Assembly: GCA_049322915.1 (NCBI GenBank) | Contig: JBMOPW010000012.1 | Coordinates: 65,888-129,887, forward strand | Reading direction: 5' to 3' | DNA: 64,000 nt | From: Candidatus Zhuqueibacterota bacterium | GTDB lineage: Bacteria; Zhuqueibacterota; Zhuqueibacteria; Thermofontimicrobiales; Thermofontimicrobiaceae | Shown here: one piece after another, positions 47,965 to 58,267 of the stretch | How the letters are laid out: the number at the start of each line of letters is the position of its first letter | Numbering within the stretch: the first letter of the stretch is position 1 | Position numbers and translations under genes: made by a program | The notes under the pieces: generated by a model | What the model was told of the DNA's origin: nothing | What the model saw: the letters and a program-made list of their open reading frames with translations, nothing else | Databases searched by the model: none

Positions 47965-48162
47965 CCGAGCCGGAGCAAATTCGGGTCGCAACCAAAGGCA
48001 TCGTCACGATCGCCGGTTTAGCCGCTCCATCCGGCGCCTTGCATTTTGTCCCGGCAGAACGCCTGGTTTCGTTGGTCAGGCTTTTTGCGGCGCGCGATGT
48101 GAACCAAACATGATTTTCCTGCAACGGTCATTTGTATTCTTATCCATGAAAGGAGCAGTATC

Positions 48163-48879
48163 ATGACCGATCTCCTTTTTCAAAACGACAGCTACATTCG
48201 TGAATTTGAAGCCACAGTCATTGAAAGTGACGCCGCTGAAAACAAGCTTGTACTGGATAAAACAGCATTTTACCCCGGCGGTGGTGGCCAGCCCAATGAC
48301 ACAGGCGAAATCATTGCCGGATCACTGCGCTTGCCGGTGATCAGAGTGAAAAAAGAGGGCGACCGCGTCTGGCACTGGGTCGACGGATCAGCTCCGGCAG
48401 TTGGGACAAAAATCACTGGCAGGATCGATTGGGATCTGCGCCACAAATTGATGCGCACCCACTCGGCGCTCCATGTGCTCTGCGGCGTTGTATGGCGCGA
48501 CTATGGCGCTCAGGTCACCGGGGGCAATATGGAGCCGCTGAAAGGCCGGATGGATTTCGAGTTCGAGACGTTGCAACGGGAGTTGGTGTCAGAAATCGAA
48601 CAGAAAGTCAATGAGGAGATCGACATGGCGCGGGATGTGCGCGTCAAAATTCTGCCGCGCGAAGAGGCGTTCCGGATTCCGGACCTGATACGGACAAAAA
48701 TCAATCTGCTGCCGCCATTCATCACCGAAGTGCGCACCGTTGAAATCGTCGGATTGGACTTGCAGGCCGACGGCGGCACGCATGTCGCCAATACTCGGGA
48801 AATCGGCCATGTGCGCGTTACGGACTACAAGAGCAAAGGCGCCATCAATAAACGGATCCATATTGAACTCGATTCCTGA
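48163..48879 (+). CDS. AlaX (AlaXp-M type) misacylated tRNA-Ala editing protein
   Basis: TAFYPGGGGQP.D.G, MRTHSALH, QADGGTHV. Confidence 0.93.
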   Translation: MTDLLFQNDSYIREFEATVIESDAAENKLVLDKTAFYPGGGGQPNDTGEIIAGSLRLPVIRVKKEGDRVWHWVDGSAPAVGTKITGRIDWDLRHKLMRTHSALHVLCGVVWRDYGAQVTGGNMEPLKGRMDFEFETLQRELVSEIEQKVNEEIDMARDVRVKILPREEAFRIPDLIRTKINLLPPFITEVRTVEIVGLDLQADGGTHVANTREIGHVRVTDYKSKGAINKRIHIELDS

Positions 48880-48990
48880 TTCAAGGAGACGGCCGCGCCC
48901 GGCCAGCCGCTGAAATCGCGCGCTTTCGTGAAATTAATCTCTCTGCCACAAGCGCCAAATCGCTGAACTCATCACTCGCAAAGGCCCGAT

Positions 48991-49770
48991 ATGAAAATTC
49001 CACTCTACCAAGTTGATGCCTTTACCAGCACGCTCTTTGCCGGCAATCCAGCCGCCGTTTGTCCGCTTGAAAGCTGGCTTCCGGATCAACAGCTTCAGAA
49101 TATCGCCGCTGAAAACAATCTCGCGGAAACGGCATTCTTCATTCCTTCGAACGATGGCTATCATCTCCGCTGGTTCACGCCAATAGCGGAAGTCGACCTG
49201 TGCGGCCACGCAACGCTCGCCGCGGCTTTCGTTCTTTTCAACAAACTGAACGCCGGCGATGAGGCGCTGAAGTTCCAGACCCGAAGCGGATTGCTCGTGG
49301 TGCAACGACAGGCCAACCGTCTCACCCTGGATTTTCCCTCGCAACCGGCTCTCCCCTGTCCGGTTCCGGATGCGCTGATTCAGGGACTGGGGCAAAAGCC
49401 GGAGCGCGTGTTGCTGGCGCGGGATTACCTCGTTGTGTTCCAATCGGAGCAGATGGTGAAAGCGCTGCACCCGGACATGGAAAAATTCATGGAATTGAAC
49501 GCGCTGGGCGTCATTGCCACGGCTCGCGGAGAGCAGATGGACTTTGTCTCCCGATTCTTTGCCCCGAAAGTCGGCATCCCGGAAGACCCGGTGACCGGCT
49601 CTGCGCATTGCACGCTCATCCCCTACTGGTCGCGGCAATTGAACAAAACAACCCTGCACGCCCGACAGATCTCGGCGCGCGGCGGAGAATTGTTCTGCGA
49701 AGACTGCGGCGACCGGGTGAAAATCGCGGGCGAGGCTGTGCTCTATTCCGAAGGTCACATCAATCTGTAA
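48991..49770 (+). CDS. PhzF-family isomerase
   Basis: VDAF, GNPA, ETAF, EVDLCGHATLA, EDPVTGSA. Confidence 0.94.
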   Translation: MKIPLYQVDAFTSTLFAGNPAAVCPLESWLPDQQLQNIAAENNLAETAFFIPSNDGYHLRWFTPIAEVDLCGHATLAAAFVLFNKLNAGDEALKFQTRSGLLVVQRQANRLTLDFPSQPALPCPVPDALIQGLGQKPERVLLARDYLVVFQSEQMVKALHPDMEKFMELNALGVIATARGEQMDFVSRFFAPKVGIPEDPVTGSAHCTLIPYWSRQLNKTTLHARQISARGGELFCEDCGDRVKIAGEAVLYSEGHINL

Positions 49771-49910
49771 TTGCCTGGTTTCACCGCGATCCTGTTCAAA
49801 ATTTTCGCGTCCGCTCCGGAACCAGCCGGGCGGGCGCCATTTCACTGCCCTCATTTGCGGGCCGCAGCTCTCGTGGTTCTCCCCGTTGATACATCGTGCA
49901 AAAATTCCAC

Positions 49911-49939
49911 TTGCAATAAATCCAAAAGCTGATTACATT
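49911..49939 (+). promoter_or_regulatory. Possible sigma70 promoter ~300 nt upstream of SpoIIE phosphatase
   Basis: TTGCAA-N17-TACATT. Confidence 0.4.
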
Positions 49940-50239
49940 GTAGCCAAATTGACCTGCCCCGGAGAGGAAAACTCGTTGCATCCCTTATTCCCGGACCAGC
50001 GTCGCGCCAAAAAGCCAGTCCTTCGGATGCGCCAAAAGCACCTGTTTTCAGCGATGTTGTCTGAATTGCGCTTGCACCTCCATTCGTCCTGAATATACGG
50101 GGCGTGCATCTCTGGAGCTGATTCGCACCGGAATTTTCGGGCCGGGCGACCTGATCTGGATTTTCCAACGCGCAGAAAACATGCAACAAATTCGCCCATG
50201 CGCCTGTACAAAGTGACTAACATTTTAACCAAGGGACAC

Positions 50240-52207
50240 ATGAAGCCGTTGCCATTCACATTCGGTCTGAAACTTAAAATCGCCCTGTCATTCATTCTGC
50301 TGGTCATTGTCATCATGGCGACCGTCACCTACATTTTCACCATCCGCGAACTGAGCCTGCGGGTTCAGCAGGTCAAGCTGAGGATGGAACGCCTCGCCAA
50401 CAATATCGCCACCATTCGCTCCGTGGAAATGGAGGGCTGGGATATTTACCAGACCTACATTGACAATCAAATCATCCTGAATCCGGATATCGTGTACATC
50501 GCCATTTACAATGAAGCCGGCGAACTGAAAGTGCACACGCTGAACAAGGATTGGATCGACGAAGATGATTTGAAAAACCTCACTCAATTGCAACTGGTGC
50601 AACGTCTGGACCAGCGACACGTTGCCGAAGAGAGCCAACAGGATCTGGAATCCAAATCCGTCAACATCATCATTGGCGATAAAAATCTTGGCACAGTGAA
50701 AGTGGGCTTTTCCCTCGTGGACGTGAACGATGAGAAGTGGCAAAACCTGCGTCGCAATCTCATCCTGGCTGTCATCTTCATTTTTCTGTCCATCGTGGCC
50801 TCGTACGTGATGAGCAACCGCATTGTCACGCCATTAGGGCGGCTGACGCGCGCGATGGTTCGCATCTCTGAGGGCGATTTGAATCAGCATCTGGAAATCA
50901 AATCCAGGGATGAAATCGGCGAAATGGCCGCGACGTTCAATTTCATGACCAAAGGCCTGCAGGAGAAGGAAATCATCGAAGATCTGAACACACATCTGGG
51001 ATTCACATTCGAGCTCAAAAAAATTGCTGATCTGCTCACCGAGAAAATCACCCTGGCATTGAACGCCCGGAGCGGCTTTTTGCTGCTGAGAAAGACAGGA
51101 ACGGATGTCCGCGCATTCAGGCTGGCCAGCGCCTACCCGCGCTCCGGCAACTCGGATATTCCCATCGACCGCAAGCCGGAATTGTGCTCCTTCTTTTTGG
51201 CTCAACGCCGGCCACTGGACTACTCCGAACTGAAGCCGTTTCCGGATTTCATGGCCCAATTAGAAAGCCTGGACCAATTCAGCGCCCACACGCTGATCTG
51301 CCCCATCATCATCAAAGACGAAATTCTTGGCCTGTTTCTGCTGAATGAAAACAACAGCCGCCAGCCCTTTGACTCGGGGGAAAGGGATTTCCTCAGCACG
51401 CTCCTCGGCCAGGGCGGGATGGCCATTGAAAACGCCATGCTGTACGAGGAGCTCACAGAGCAGGAGCGAATCAAACACGAACTGGAAATTGCCCACAAAG
51501 TGCAACTCGGTCTTTTGCCGCGCGAAAATCCGGGCATTCACGGGCTGGACATCGATGGCGTCTGCATCCCGGCCGCGGAGGTCGGCGGTGACTATTATGA
51601 CTTCTTCAAATTGAACCAGCACACGCTGGGCATCGCCATTGCCGACGTCACAGGAAAAGGGACATCGGCGGCATTTTACATGGCCGTCGTCAAGGGAATG
51701 ATGCTCTCTCTCACGTCCATGATTCACTCGCCGAGGCAATTGCTCATTGAACTCAACCGACGGTTGTTCGGCCAGATGGATCGGAAAATTTTCATCACCA
51801 TGGTCTACGCCGTGTTCGACACGCAGCAAAACCTGGTATGGGTCTCCCGCGCCGGGCATAATGAAGTGATCAGACGAAACATACAGAACGCCGATGTCGA
51901 AAAAATCGTCCCGGCAGGAATAGGATTGGGTCTGGAAAAGGGCGAGCTGTTCGACCGAACCATCACGGAAGAGCGGATCGCCATTCAGTCCGGGGACATC
52001 TTTCTGTTCTATACCGATGGCATTTCCGACGCCATGAACGCCGAAAAAGATCAATTCGGCGAATCGAGACTGAACGAGATCATCGCAACGACGACGCAGC
52101 GTCAGTCTTCGCTGCTGCGCGGACAGATCATCCAATCGATCCAAAATTTTGTCCAGGAATCCCCGCAGCACGACGACATGACAATGGTCACCGTGATGGT
52201 GAAATAA
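50240..52207 (+). CDS. Membrane sensor PP2C phosphatase (2TM-HAMP-GAF-SpoIIE; RsbU-like)
   Basis: Two TMs, HAMP (RDEIGEMA..FN.M), GAF, VGGDYYD, ADVTGKG, RAGH, YTDG, DDMT; start at MKPL (alternative 50198). Confidence 0.93.
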   Translation: MKPLPFTFGLKLKIALSFILLVIVIMATVTYIFTIRELSLRVQQVKLRMERLANNIATIRSVEMEGWDIYQTYIDNQIILNPDIVYIAIYNEAGELKVHTLNKDWIDEDDLKNLTQLQLVQRLDQRHVAEESQQDLESKSVNIIIGDKNLGTVKVGFSLVDVNDEKWQNLRRNLILAVIFIFLSIVASYVMSNRIVTPLGRLTRAMVRISEGDLNQHLEIKSRDEIGEMAATFNFMTKGLQEKEIIEDLNTHLGFTFELKKIADLLTEKITLALNARSGFLLLRKTGTDVRAFRLASAYPRSGNSDIPIDRKPELCSFFLAQRRPLDYSELKPFPDFMAQLESLDQFSAHTLICPIIIKDEILGLFLLNENNSRQPFDSGERDFLSTLLGQGGMAIENAMLYEELTEQERIKHELEIAHKVQLGLLPRENPGIHGLDIDGVCIPAAEVGGDYYDFFKLNQHTLGIAIADVTGKGTSAAFYMAVVKGMMLSLTSMIHSPRQLLIELNRRLFGQMDRKIFITMVYAVFDTQQNLVWVSRAGHNEVIRRNIQNADVEKIVPAGIGLGLEKGELFDRTITEERIAIQSGDIFLFYTDGISDAMNAEKDQFGESRLNEIIATTTQRQSSLLRGQIIQSIQNFVQESPQHDDMTMVTVMVK

Positions 52208-52351
52208 GCAGGGCTGTTTCCTCCGGCTGACAGAAATTCAAATGCAAAGCATTTTTGGGGGCATCTATTCTCTCAGCCAACATTGTAGGTAAATTTTAAG
52301 CTCGCTGGAAGAGCGAGGCAACGTATGAACAACTCCGTCCGGAGACAGGCA

Positions 52352-54913
52352 ATGAAAAAAATGTTATTCTGGCTGTTCCTTATTCTGATTGCGGTTCAAC
52401 TCGGTTGCGATAACAATACCAAGCGCCGAAAGATAAAATTATCTGATGGCAACGCCGGCAGCACCACGAGCGCCCAGCTTTCCACGACGATTCGCTTCGC
52501 AGAAAAAGAACGCCGATCCATTGCAGTGATGTTTTTTCAAAACCACACCGGCGACCAAAACCTGCAATGGCTGCAAAAGGGGCTCACCGAAATGCTGGTT
52601 CGCGCGCTTTCTCAATCCAGGCAGCTCTCTGTGTTGAGTGTGGATATGCTCCATGAAATTTATAGCCGCTTAGGCGCCGGGGCTTCCCATGAGAATTTTG
52701 ACCTGGAAATGGCGGCCCTCGTTGGCAAAGAAGCCAATGTCGAGGCGATTCTGGTGGGACAAATCAAAAAGACCGCCACAGGATTTCAGATTCTTGTCCA
52801 GTTGCAGGAGCCGGGACAGAAGATCATTCTAAAAGAAGAGAGCGTCGAGGGGCGCGGGCTGGAAAATATCCTGACAATGGTGGATGATCTGTCCGAAAAA
52901 ATCCGCGCGGATCTTCAGATCGCCCTGAAAGAAGCGGATCGGAGCAAAGGCATTGCCGCAATTTCCACCCACTCGGTGGAGGCGTGGCAAAGCTTCACCA
53001 CCGGCCTGGACCTCGTTTTAAAAGTGATGAATAATGAGGCCATCCCCTATTTCGAGAATGCGATTCAACTGGATTCGTCCTTCGTGTTAGCCCATATTCA
53101 ATTGGCCTCGCTCTACCTTGTGACCGGCGAGTTCGGGAAGACAATGGCCCTGATTCACAGATTGCAATCATTGCGCGACAGAGCGACCGACCAGGATCGC
53201 TACCAGATTGATCTGCTGGAGGCGAACCTCACCAACGATGTCCACAAACTCATCACCACGATCGAGACCTGGGTGAATCAGTATCCGAATGACCGAAATG
53301 GATTTTTCACATTGGCTTCGTACTATTTCGCTTGGCAGAATTACGAGCGCACTATTGAAAATCTGGAGCAGGTTATTCGCATCGATCCCAATTACAAAAT
53401 CGCTTACAATCTATTTACCTATTGTTACGCCTATACCGGGGCGCTGGACAACGCCCTGCGGAGTTCCGACACTTACATCAAATTATCCCCGGATGAGGCC
53501 AATCCGTACGATACCAAAGGAGAAATTTATCTCCGCTTTGGCGACTATGACTCAGCGGAAAAATATTTCAAAATCGCGTTGCAGAAGAATGATAATTTTT
53601 TACATTCGCTCGAAATGATGGGCGACTTAAGTCTGCTTCGCGGGGATGATGAACTGGCCCTTGAGTATTTCAACCACTATCTTGAAAAGTCCTCGGACAG
53701 AATTCAACGCGCGAATGCCTACAGCAAGCTTGCCGCAGCCCATTTGAAAATGGGCCATGCCGAAAAAGCTATTGACATGAGCAAAAAATCCTTGCAGCAA
53801 CAAGCGCTCAATCAGGATCTCATTGAGATGATTTATAAACAATACATGGATCTGGGCGATACGCTGCAGGCCAAGGAAAGCTTAGCGTTCTACTATGCCA
53901 ATGCCAGAGATAGAATGGCAATTCAGGGAACGACGCCTCAGCTTGCGGCATTTTTAGCCTGGCTTTCCATCCGCTGGGATGTGAATGTGGATGAATCCCT
54001 TCAATTGCTGACCGGACTCCTGCCCCGGTTGAATGTGAGCCCGGCCGGGGAATTCAATGCGATCAATATAAAATTCCTGTTGACACTCCTGCGCATGAAG
54101 AAAAATCAATTCGAGGAAATGAACCAGCTCTGGGACCCAAAACAGGTACTGCCCGGCACTCATTGGCCAATCCTGCAGCGATTGAATAACTTCTCCTTCA
54201 CAGATACCTGGCGCGCCATTGGTTTGCTGAACCCGGCATTCTACAACTCATTGAAAAAGGGCGAAGAATATTACAACGCGCTGATCGACATGTCGCGCAC
54301 GAATCATGTTCTGGCAATCGAAATGCTCTACCGGTTGATGCTGTCCGATTTATATCTGAAACAGGGCATGCACGAATCGTTCGCAGATCAATTACGAATT
54401 GTGGGAATGCCGGCAGAAACGCAGTGGATGGTGGTCGGCCCGTTCCCTCATAAAAATGGCTTTCACACTGCGTACGCGCCTGAGAAGAAGTTCCGCGTGG
54501 ATGCGGACTATGCCGGCAAAACCGGCCGGATCCGCTGGATGCATGCGGATGATGGCCTGAACGATGGGTACGTTGAACTGAATAAAATTTATTCGGACTA
54601 CTGTTGGTCTGTGGCCTACGCCGTCATTTACATCAAATCGCCGTCTGAAAAACAGGTTCAGTTCCGCACCAGCCTCGATGATGAGCATAAAATCTGGCTC
54701 AACGATGAGGATATCTGGCGCTTTCACCCACAACAGGCAGCGACGTTCGATAGCTATCGCGTGAACGTCACACTGAAAAAGGGGCTGAATAAAGTCATGG
54801 TGAAAGTATGCAACGCCATCAACGATTGGGGGTACTTTTTCCGGGTGACCGATTCCGCGGGAATGGGCATTGCGGACATTGAGTTCGTTTCAGCGGACGC
54901 TGTCACGCAGTGA
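52352..54913 (+). CDS. Lipoprotein: TolB-N/FlgO-like domain + TPR + C-terminal beta-sandwich (paralogue 1)
   Basis: Lipobox QLGC; SIAVMFFQN...LQKGLTEML; TPRs; WMVVGPF...KIWLND...GLNKVMVKV; start at MKKML. Confidence 0.82.
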   Translation: MKKMLFWLFLILIAVQLGCDNNTKRRKIKLSDGNAGSTTSAQLSTTIRFAEKERRSIAVMFFQNHTGDQNLQWLQKGLTEMLVRALSQSRQLSVLSVDMLHEIYSRLGAGASHENFDLEMAALVGKEANVEAILVGQIKKTATGFQILVQLQEPGQKIILKEESVEGRGLENILTMVDDLSEKIRADLQIALKEADRSKGIAAISTHSVEAWQSFTTGLDLVLKVMNNEAIPYFENAIQLDSSFVLAHIQLASLYLVTGEFGKTMALIHRLQSLRDRATDQDRYQIDLLEANLTNDVHKLITTIETWVNQYPNDRNGFFTLASYYFAWQNYERTIENLEQVIRIDPNYKIAYNLFTYCYAYTGALDNALRSSDTYIKLSPDEANPYDTKGEIYLRFGDYDSAEKYFKIALQKNDNFLHSLEMMGDLSLLRGDDELALEYFNHYLEKSSDRIQRANAYSKLAAAHLKMGHAEKAIDMSKKSLQQQALNQDLIEMIYKQYMDLGDTLQAKESLAFYYANARDRMAIQGTTPQLAAFLAWLSIRWDVNVDESLQLLTGLLPRLNVSPAGEFNAINIKFLLTLLRMKKNQFEEMNQLWDPKQVLPGTHWPILQRLNNFSFTDTWRAIGLLNPAFYNSLKKGEEYYNALIDMSRTNHVLAIEMLYRLMLSDLYLKQGMHESFADQLRIVGMPAETQWMVVGPFPHKNGFHTAYAPEKKFRVDADYAGKTGRIRWMHADDGLNDGYVELNKIYSDYCWSVAYAVIYIKSPSEKQVQFRTSLDDEHKIWLNDEDIWRFHPQQAATFDSYRVNVTLKKGLNKVMVKVCNAINDWGYFFRVTDSAGMGIADIEFVSADAVTQ

Positions 54914-54949
54914 AGTCCGGCGGGCGCTTACTGTGCTGTTTAACCATGA

Positions 54950-55052
54950 TCGCGCTGGATATTCATCCAGCGCCGGAGATGGAATGAAACGTATGGCCCG
55001 AATCGGCGCATCGTTCCGGATGAATATCCCGAAAGACGGTCGGCAAACATCG
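54950..55052. repeat. REP/REPIN-like intergenic repeat, copy 3 of 3
   Basis: TCGCGCTGGATATTCATCCAGCGC...TCGTTCCGGATGAATATCCCGAAAGA...GCAAACATCG. Confidence 0.8.
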
Positions 55053-55187
55053 TCTACTTTGTCAGATTTAATAAAAACTATGACTCCGCTTGTTTTATCG
55101 CCACGAAAACACGAAGTCGCACAATGAAAAGCATTTATTTTTATTGATAAAAATATTATTTTTCGATCTGAAATTGATTTGATTAAG

Positions 55188-55277
55188 TTAAATAACATAA
55201 TCGATTAAAGCTCTTTCTTCGTGTTGCTTAGTGTCCTTCGAGTTTTAGGTAGAATCTGGTAATGTGACAAAGTCGAA
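55188..55277 (+). repeat. ~90 bp direct repeat, copy A
   Basis: TTAAATAACATAATCGATTAAAGCTCTTTCTT...GGTAATGTGACAA.GTCGAA, repeated at 55584. Confidence 0.9.
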
Positions 55278-55293
55278 TTAACAAATCAAATGA

Positions 55294-55506
55294 AACGCAG
55301 AGGTCGCGAAGGGCGCAGAGAAAAGACCAGCGTTGAATTGGCCAGAGTGATTTTAAAATTTTCAATCAACCTATGAAAATCATGTTCACCCATAGTCACA
55401 GAAGACCAAAATAACCAGAGAAGTACCTGGTTTCATGAGTTTGCAAACAGCTTTTTTTCAACACCAAAACTCTGCGTACCTCTGCGGTCTCTGCGACCTC
55501 TGCGTT
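55294..55506. repeat. MITE-like element bounded by 14-bp perfect inverted repeats
   Basis: AACGCAGAGGTCGC / GCGACCTCTGCGTT with internal CGCAGAG / CTCTGCG iterations. Confidence 0.6.
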
Positions 55507-55583
55507 AGAAAAGATATAGGTAAGGGTAAGCCTTTTCGGAGAGGGTTGGGGTGAGGTCAATATTAGCAGTTTTCGGACCGACA

Positions 55584-55675
55584 TTAAATAACATAATCGA
55601 TTAAAGCTCTTTCTTTGTATTGCTTAGTGTCCTTCGAGTTTTAGTGGTAGAATCTGGTAATGTGACAATGTCGAA
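55584..55675 (+). repeat. ~90 bp direct repeat, copy B
   Basis: Near-identical to 55188-55277 (three substitutions and a 2-nt indel by eye). Confidence 0.9.
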
Positions 55676-55710
55676 ATAGCTCACTAAAATATTTTTTTGG
55701 AGAATCCATA

Positions 55711-58248
55711 ATGCCAGGCATCAATCGAGTTCTTTGCTATGGGCTGATGGCGCTGCTCATGCTGGGTGGTTGCGGCAAGAAAACGGAGAAGCGGAAGATT
55801 AAACTGGCCGCCGCCAGCGATACCACCGAACAGCCGGATCAGCTCTCATCGACGATTTACCTGGAGCCCACGCTGCGCCGCGCCGTTGCTGTCATGTTTT
55901 TCGAGAATAAGACCGGCGACGAAAATCTGGCGTGGCTTCAAAAAGGCCTCACGGAAATGTTCATCCGTTCGCTCTCGCAATCCCAAAATATCTCGGTGAT
56001 TAGCTCCGAGCGCGTTTACGAAATTCTCGATCGGCTTGGCCGCACTGAAACCTCCAAAGAAATCAATCTGGACATGGCCGCCATTGTGGCGCGCGAAGCC
56101 AATGTGGAAACGCTCCTGACCGGCAATATTTCCAAAAACGGGGACGGCATCCGAATTAACGTTAAAGTGTTTGAAGCGGACAAAGAAAAAATTCTGAAAG
56201 AAGAAAGCGCCGAAGGCGCCGGGTTGGAACAGATTTTCAGTATGGTAGACAGCCTCACCCACAGCATCAAGAGCGAGCTGCGGCTGACGCTGGAGAAGGA
56301 CGGGACGAAAAAGAGCATCGCCGATATCACCACCACGTCTCTGGAGGCGTGGAGAAATTACATCAACGGCATCAATTTTCTCTATCAATATCGTCTGCCG
56401 GAGGCGCGGGAGCAACTGGAAAAGGCGATCCGATACGATCCCACATTCATCGCCGCTTACATAAGACTTTACAATCTGTATGCGTTGCAGGGATCGCGAT
56501 CCGAAAGCGACGCGGCATTCCAAAACCTGATTCGCTGCCGGGACAATGCCACGCCACAGGAGGCTTACCAGATCGATCTGATCGAAGCTGTACATCATGG
56601 TGATCTGCGGAAAATAATGGCTGTATCTCATGCGTGGCAGGCAGCGTTTCCCAACGACCGGGAGGCGAATTACAACCTGGCAAATACTTATTTTCAAATG
56701 GCAAATTACGATCAGGCCATTGAGTACTATGAAAATGTCCTGAGAATCGATCCTAATTTCCAAACCGCCAACAACATACTGGGCTATGCCTATGCCTACA
56801 CCGGCCAGTTCGCCAAAGCCATCTCCCGGGTGGAGAAATATAAACAACTCTCCCCGGATGAACCGAATCCATACGACAGCCTCGGCGAGATTTACCTGTT
56901 CATGGGCGATTTCGAAAAAGCTCAGGAAAATTTCAGGCAGGCCACTCAAGTCAACGAAAACTTCGTCTATAGCTGGATCCATCTCGGCGAAACCTATTTC
57001 GAGACCGGCGATTACAAAAAAGCCATGGACCACTTTCAAAAGGCAGCGCACATGGCGAAGGACAATGTCAATTCCGTGGTAGCCTACCGCGCGCTGGGCA
57101 TGACGCAACTGCGACTGGGGAATAGTGAGGCAGCGGCGGCATCTTTATCAAAATACCTGGATTATCAGACCAATTATTATACCAATTTCACCCTCATAAA
57201 CGATCTGTATTTGAGCCAGCGAGACACGGCGCGGGCCAATGAAATGATGGAAAAAAATTACCGCCGCATCATCGAGACAATTAACACCGATCCTATCCGA
57301 ATTCTGGACCTGGCCAATCTCGGCTTCTGGCACAATTATAAAATCAAAGAGACGATAGACATCATCCAACGGAGAATTCAGGAATCGGACAATGATTTCG
57401 CCAACCTGTGGGGCCGATTTGTCATTGCGCTGCTCTACCTGAAATCGGACCAGACCGACCAGTTCGAAAAAGTGTCCGATGATTTCGCCCGCGAGTTCAT
57501 TGAAATCATCAACGACGTCCGCGACATTCGTTACAACTATCTCACCTGGAAGGGCTATCTCGTGTTCAACGAATATGCCTATCGGTTCAAAGAAGAGGGC
57601 GTCGCCAAATACAATGAGCTGATCCGCTATTGCCAGCAAAATAGCCTCAACATGCCGGAGATGGTGTTCCGCTCGTTTCTGGCTGATCTGTATTTTCAGA
57701 CAGGAGAGACTGAAAAGGCCAGACTTGAGTTGAAACTCGCCGGGGTTCCGCCGGAGCATGTCTGGTGGCATCTGGGACCATTTGAGAATGAAAATGGCTT
57801 TTCGAAACAATTTCCGCCCGAGAAAAAGATCGATCTGAAACGCAGCTACAAAGGTCTCACCTCGGACATCCGTTGGGGAAAAATCAACGATGGCTTTCGC
57901 GAAGGGTATGTCAATTACAAACAGGCTTTCCCGCTCACCAACTGGGGAGTGTGTTACGCCCTTGTGTACATCAAGAGTCCGACAGCAACGTCAGCCCAAA
58001 TTCGATTGGGTTCCAATGAATCGGTGAAAGTGTGGTTGAATGACAACGAGGTCTGGCGCTGGAATGAAGTGCGCAGTTCCATTTTTGACGATGATGTGGT
58101 TCAGGTGTCCTTGCAGCCGGGGATGAATAAAGTGCTCGTCAAGATTTGCAACCGCATTGGCGAATGGGGATTCTATTTTCGCGTGACGGACGAGCAGGGC
58201 GTGGGCCTGCCGGATATCGAGTTCGTGTCTCCTCCCGAAATGAATTGA
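55711..58248 (+). CDS. Lipoprotein: TolB-N/FlgO-like domain + TPR + C-terminal beta-sandwich (paralogue 2)
   Basis: Lipobox LGGC; same collinear motifs as 52352-54913 (KRKIKL, WLQKGLTEM, SPDE.NPYD, FRVTD..G.G..DIEFVS). Confidence 0.85.
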   Translation: MPGINRVLCYGLMALLMLGGCGKKTEKRKIKLAAASDTTEQPDQLSSTIYLEPTLRRAVAVMFFENKTGDENLAWLQKGLTEMFIRSLSQSQNISVISSERVYEILDRLGRTETSKEINLDMAAIVAREANVETLLTGNISKNGDGIRINVKVFEADKEKILKEESAEGAGLEQIFSMVDSLTHSIKSELRLTLEKDGTKKSIADITTTSLEAWRNYINGINFLYQYRLPEAREQLEKAIRYDPTFIAAYIRLYNLYALQGSRSESDAAFQNLIRCRDNATPQEAYQIDLIEAVHHGDLRKIMAVSHAWQAAFPNDREANYNLANTYFQMANYDQAIEYYENVLRIDPNFQTANNILGYAYAYTGQFAKAISRVEKYKQLSPDEPNPYDSLGEIYLFMGDFEKAQENFRQATQVNENFVYSWIHLGETYFETGDYKKAMDHFQKAAHMAKDNVNSVVAYRALGMTQLRLGNSEAAAASLSKYLDYQTNYYTNFTLINDLYLSQRDTARANEMMEKNYRRIIETINTDPIRILDLANLGFWHNYKIKETIDIIQRRIQESDNDFANLWGRFVIALLYLKSDQTDQFEKVSDDFAREFIEIINDVRDIRYNYLTWKGYLVFNEYAYRFKEEGVAKYNELIRYCQQNSLNMPEMVFRSFLADLYFQTGETEKARLELKLAGVPPEHVWWHLGPFENENGFSKQFPPEKKIDLKRSYKGLTSDIRWGKINDGFREGYVNYKQAFPLTNWGVCYALVYIKSPTATSAQIRLGSNESVKVWLNDNEVWRWNEVRSSIFDDDVVQVSLQPGMNKVLVKICNRIGEWGFYFRVTDEQGVGLPDIEFVSPPEMN

Positions 58249-58267
58249 AAATGCACAAAGGCGGCGT

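Noticed and set aside
48934..49854. 306-aa minus-strand ORF
   Set aside because: Antisense shadow of the PhzF-family gene.
49950..50130. Glycine riboswitch (GGAGAG...CTCTGGA fragments) in the phosphatase leader
   Set aside because: The GCCGAAG and CUCAGG core elements and the helices are missing, and the downstream gene is unrelated to glycine.
55846..57108. 420-aa minus-strand ORF
   Set aside because: Antisense shadow of the TPR lipoprotein gene; no motifs.
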